A stretch of 7,590 nt of DNA from Limnohabitans sp. (GTDB taxonomy: Bacteria; Pseudomonadota; Gammaproteobacteria; Burkholderiales; Burkholderiaceae_C): assembly GCA_044357745.1 (NCBI GenBank), contig JBIKOZ010000054.1:1-7590 (forward strand), read 5' to 3'. Below, piece by piece: positions 6,501 to 7,590 of this stretch. The notes beneath the pieces were generated by a model. The model ran no database searches. It was not told the DNA's origin and saw only the letters and a program-made list of their open reading frames with translations. Numbering within the stretch: the stretch's first letter is position 1; every line of letters starts with the position of its first letter. Both the position numbers and the translations under genes were made by a program.

Positions 6501-6565
6501 GCAACTAGTAACTAGTGACAAGCAACTGCTTTTTACTTGCCACTCTTTAGTGACTCATCGCAACT
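6501..6565. promoter_or_regulatory. Repeat-dense divergent control region (operator-like short repeats)
   Basis: GCAACT occurs at 6501, 6522 and 6560. ACTAGT forms a tandem at 6504-6517 (aACTAGTaACTAGTg). TAGTGAC occurs at 6513 and 6548. The region lies between the divergent 153-aa gene and the 59-aa ORF. The motifs are short, so significance is not established. Confidence 0.3.
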
Positions 6566-6642
6566 CGCAAATATTTATCCCGCAGCAAATAAAACACACG
6601 AAAAACTACGGTTAAATTTGGCATTTCGGCAAAATTGATCAT

Positions 6643-6655
6643 GCATAAATACCTG
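6643..6655. repeat. Right arm of the 13-bp perfect inverted repeat (GCATAAATACCTG)
   Basis: Reverse complement of 5743-5755. It ends 1 nt before ATG 6657 of the 59-aa ORF. Confidence 0.3.
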
Positions 6656-6656
6656 T

Positions 6657-6836
6657 ATGAAAATTGCAGAAGTTACCAACATGGCGTCTACGCCTGAGCA
6701 GCTGCGGATCAAAAACCTTGCGGCCACAAAAGATCGTGCTGCAGATGCACTGGCAGCAGAGCGCAAGCGCCAGCAAGTGTCGAGAGCACAAAAGAAGCTT
6801 GTGAAGATCAGGCAGTCAAAACCTACTGTGTTTTAA
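6657..6836 (+). CDS. Small basic helical protein, 59 aa (hypothetical; not in the ORF track)
   Basis: My translation is MKIAEVTNMASTPEQLRIKNLAATKDRAADALAAERKRQQVSRAQKKLVKIRQSKPTVF*. It fills an otherwise empty gap and is co-oriented with the downstream genes. The antisense track ORF 6575..6766 starts at TTG and looks like an Ala/Arg shadow frame. There is no clear SD, so confidence is low. Confidence 0.35.
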   Translation: MKIAEVTNMASTPEQLRIKNLAATKDRAADALAAERKRQQVSRAQKKLVKIRQSKPTVF

Positions 6837-6850
6837 AACTGAACATACGC

Positions 6851-7024
6851 ATGCTGATTCGAGAAGTCACACAACAACCACACACTTACACAGCAACTGT
6901 GCGGGTTATCACGCACGGATCCAAGATCACGCTTAGAACAGTTTTGTACGCTGACTCAATTACTCAGGCACGTGCGCTAGCTATTCATTTATTCGGTACT
7001 CAAAATCTCATAGCAATTGGCTAA
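6851..7024 (+). CDS. Small hypothetical protein, 57 aa (not in the ORF track)
   Basis: My translation is MLIREVTQQPHTYTATVRVITHGSKITLRTVLYADSITQARALAIHLFGTQNLIAIG*. It has a beta-beta-alpha-beta-like pattern typical of small island or phage proteins. The stop is followed within 7 nt by hairpin 7031-7047. No clear SD. Confidence 0.4.
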   Translation: MLIREVTQQPHTYTATVRVITHGSKITLRTVLYADSITQARALAIHLFGTQNLIAIG

Positions 7025-7030
7025 TTCAAC

Positions 7031-7047
7031 TGTCGTGTTAAACGACA
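7031..7047 (+). repeat. Hairpin motif copy 2 (TGTCGTGTTAAACGACA), 7 nt downstream of the 57-aa ORF stop
   Basis: Matches the minus-strand reading of 4994-5010 in 16 of 17 positions. Its position relative to a stop codon and its orientation relative to the upstream gene are the same as for copy 1. Confidence 0.5.
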
Positions 7048-7059
7048 CCTTAACCAATG

Positions 7060-7078
7060 ACCCGCCACTTTGGCGGGT
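7060..7078 (+). terminator. GC-rich stem-loop, a weak intrinsic-terminator candidate
   Basis: ACCCGCC-acttt-GGCGGGT gives a 7-bp stem and 5-nt loop, followed by ttgctggt. The T-tail is poor. Confidence 0.3.
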
Positions 7079-7149
7079 TGCTGGTCGTCCATGCGCCAGC
7101 AAGATCACAAAATCGTCTGTGCTTTATCAACATCAGAAAGGAAAAGCAC

Positions 7150-7590
7150 ATGGCTACTTTATCCGCACTCAAACTCAGCGCAGCTGTTAAACCCACCAGC
7201 GTTCCCGCTGTCCAGCTTCGCCGTAACAAGTTAGTTCTTCGCTTATGGGAACAATGCGAACTAGCCCGAGCGCAAGCTGCGGGCACCACCTTTGCGCCAG
7301 TAAAGTTCCGTAGTGTCGTGGAACATGACACTGGCATACGCCGTCAAGTAGAAATGCCCAAGCGAGTTAAACCTTGGTGGTTCACTACTGAATCAGGAAA
7401 ACTTGCGCTGTCAGTGCGCTATGGCACCAAGTTATTGGAACTAGCCAAGGGCAAAGTAGCAGTGGAAGTTGGCAGCGAGAAAGACTTGGTGCCCACTCTG
7501 GAGCTGATCAAGACTGCCGTGCTCAACGGAGAATTGGACACACAGATTGAAGCTGCCGCCAACAAACTACGGCTTGGATTTGCTCAGTAA
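7150..7590 (+). CDS. Conserved hypothetical protein, 146 aa (island-associated DUF-type family)
   Basis: ATG 7150 has an AAGGAA SD with 7-nt spacing. The track start at 7057 overlaps the stem-loop and has no SD. The sequence is MATLSALKLSAAVKPTSVPAVQLRRNKLVLRLWEQCELARAQAAGTTFAPVKFRSVVEHDTGIRRQVEMPKRVKPWWFTTESGKLALSVRYGTKLLELAKGKVAVEVGSEKDLVPTLELIKTAVLNGELDTQIEAAANKLRLGFAQ*. I recall near-collinear homologues (RRNKL..L.EQ..LA.A, PKR.KPWWF, VRYG.K.LELAKGK.A.EV, GELD.QIE.A) annotated only as DUF proteins in proteobacterial islands; this is unverified memory. Confidence 0.85.
   Translation: MATLSALKLSAAVKPTSVPAVQLRRNKLVLRLWEQCELARAQAAGTTFAPVKFRSVVEHDTGIRRQVEMPKRVKPWWFTTESGKLALSVRYGTKLLELAKGKVAVEVGSEKDLVPTLELIKTAVLNGELDTQIEAAANKLRLGFAQ

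Larger units (their letters stand above)
4131..7590. mobile_element. Accessory / integrative-element-like region. The right boundary lies outside the window and the left boundary is approximate.
   Basis: The region contains a tyrosine recombinase, a relic of a second recombinase gene, a TA module, orphan small genes and several repeats. The gene content contrasts with the envelope operon to the left. No tRNA or obvious att duplication marks the outer boundary within the window. Confidence 0.45.

Noticed and set aside
6379-6766. The extension of the 153-aa ORF to TTG 6504, and the minus-strand ORF 6575..6766
   Set aside because: The extension is Arg-rich and low-complexity, and it lies upstream of a near-ideal AGGAG-ATG. 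ORF 6575..6766 starts at TTG and mirrors the Ala/Lys/Arg-rich plus-strand 59-aa ORF. I favour the plus ORF, but only weakly.
7050-7337. Minus-strand ORF 7050..7337, and the 7057 start of the last gene
   Set aside because: The minus ORF is antisense to the well-supported 146-aa gene. The 7057 start overlaps the stem-loop at 7060-7078 and lacks an SD, whereas ATG 7150 has AAGGAA at 7-nt spacing.

Overview
The window appears to be a junction between a proteobacterial chromosomal envelope-gene cluster (1-3912) and an accessory, mobile-element-like region (about 4131-7590). All calls come from reading the sequence and from remembered family features; no searches were run.

Left part:
- The 5' portion of a secreted alpha/beta-hydrolase-like gene lies on the minus strand. 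It is open at the window edge and is not in the supplied ORF track.
- A tightly packed plus-strand three-gene operon follows: a 48-aa lipoprotein, a 743-aa secreted Ser/Thr/Gly-rich protein with 12 Cys and no motif I recognise, and a 246-aa bitopic protein. The 246-aa protein has an N-terminal helix carrying a TonB-type S-x3-H-x6-[L/I]-x3-S signature, but its C-terminus is not TonB-like.

Right part:
- A 24-bp perfect palindrome.
- A 53-nt relic of a recombinase gene 3' end.
- A Gp49/HigB-like toxin plus XRE-HTH antitoxin pair, in which the toxin has an in-frame TAG at the apparent ancestral codon 2.
- An intact 194-aa catalytic-domain-only tyrosine recombinase of FimB/FimE size.
- An orphan 153-aa protein.
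- Two small ORFs not in the track.
- A 146-aa conserved hypothetical protein.

I found no rRNA, tRNA or CRISPR.

Best candidates for something undescribed:
1. The lipoprotein / large secreted protein / TonB-like-anchor operon.
2. The minimal recombinase with its repeat architecture: a direct repeat bracketing the TA unit, a 13-bp inverted repeat bracketing the orphan gene, and a shared hairpin motif after two stop codons.
3. The cargo genes of unknown function.
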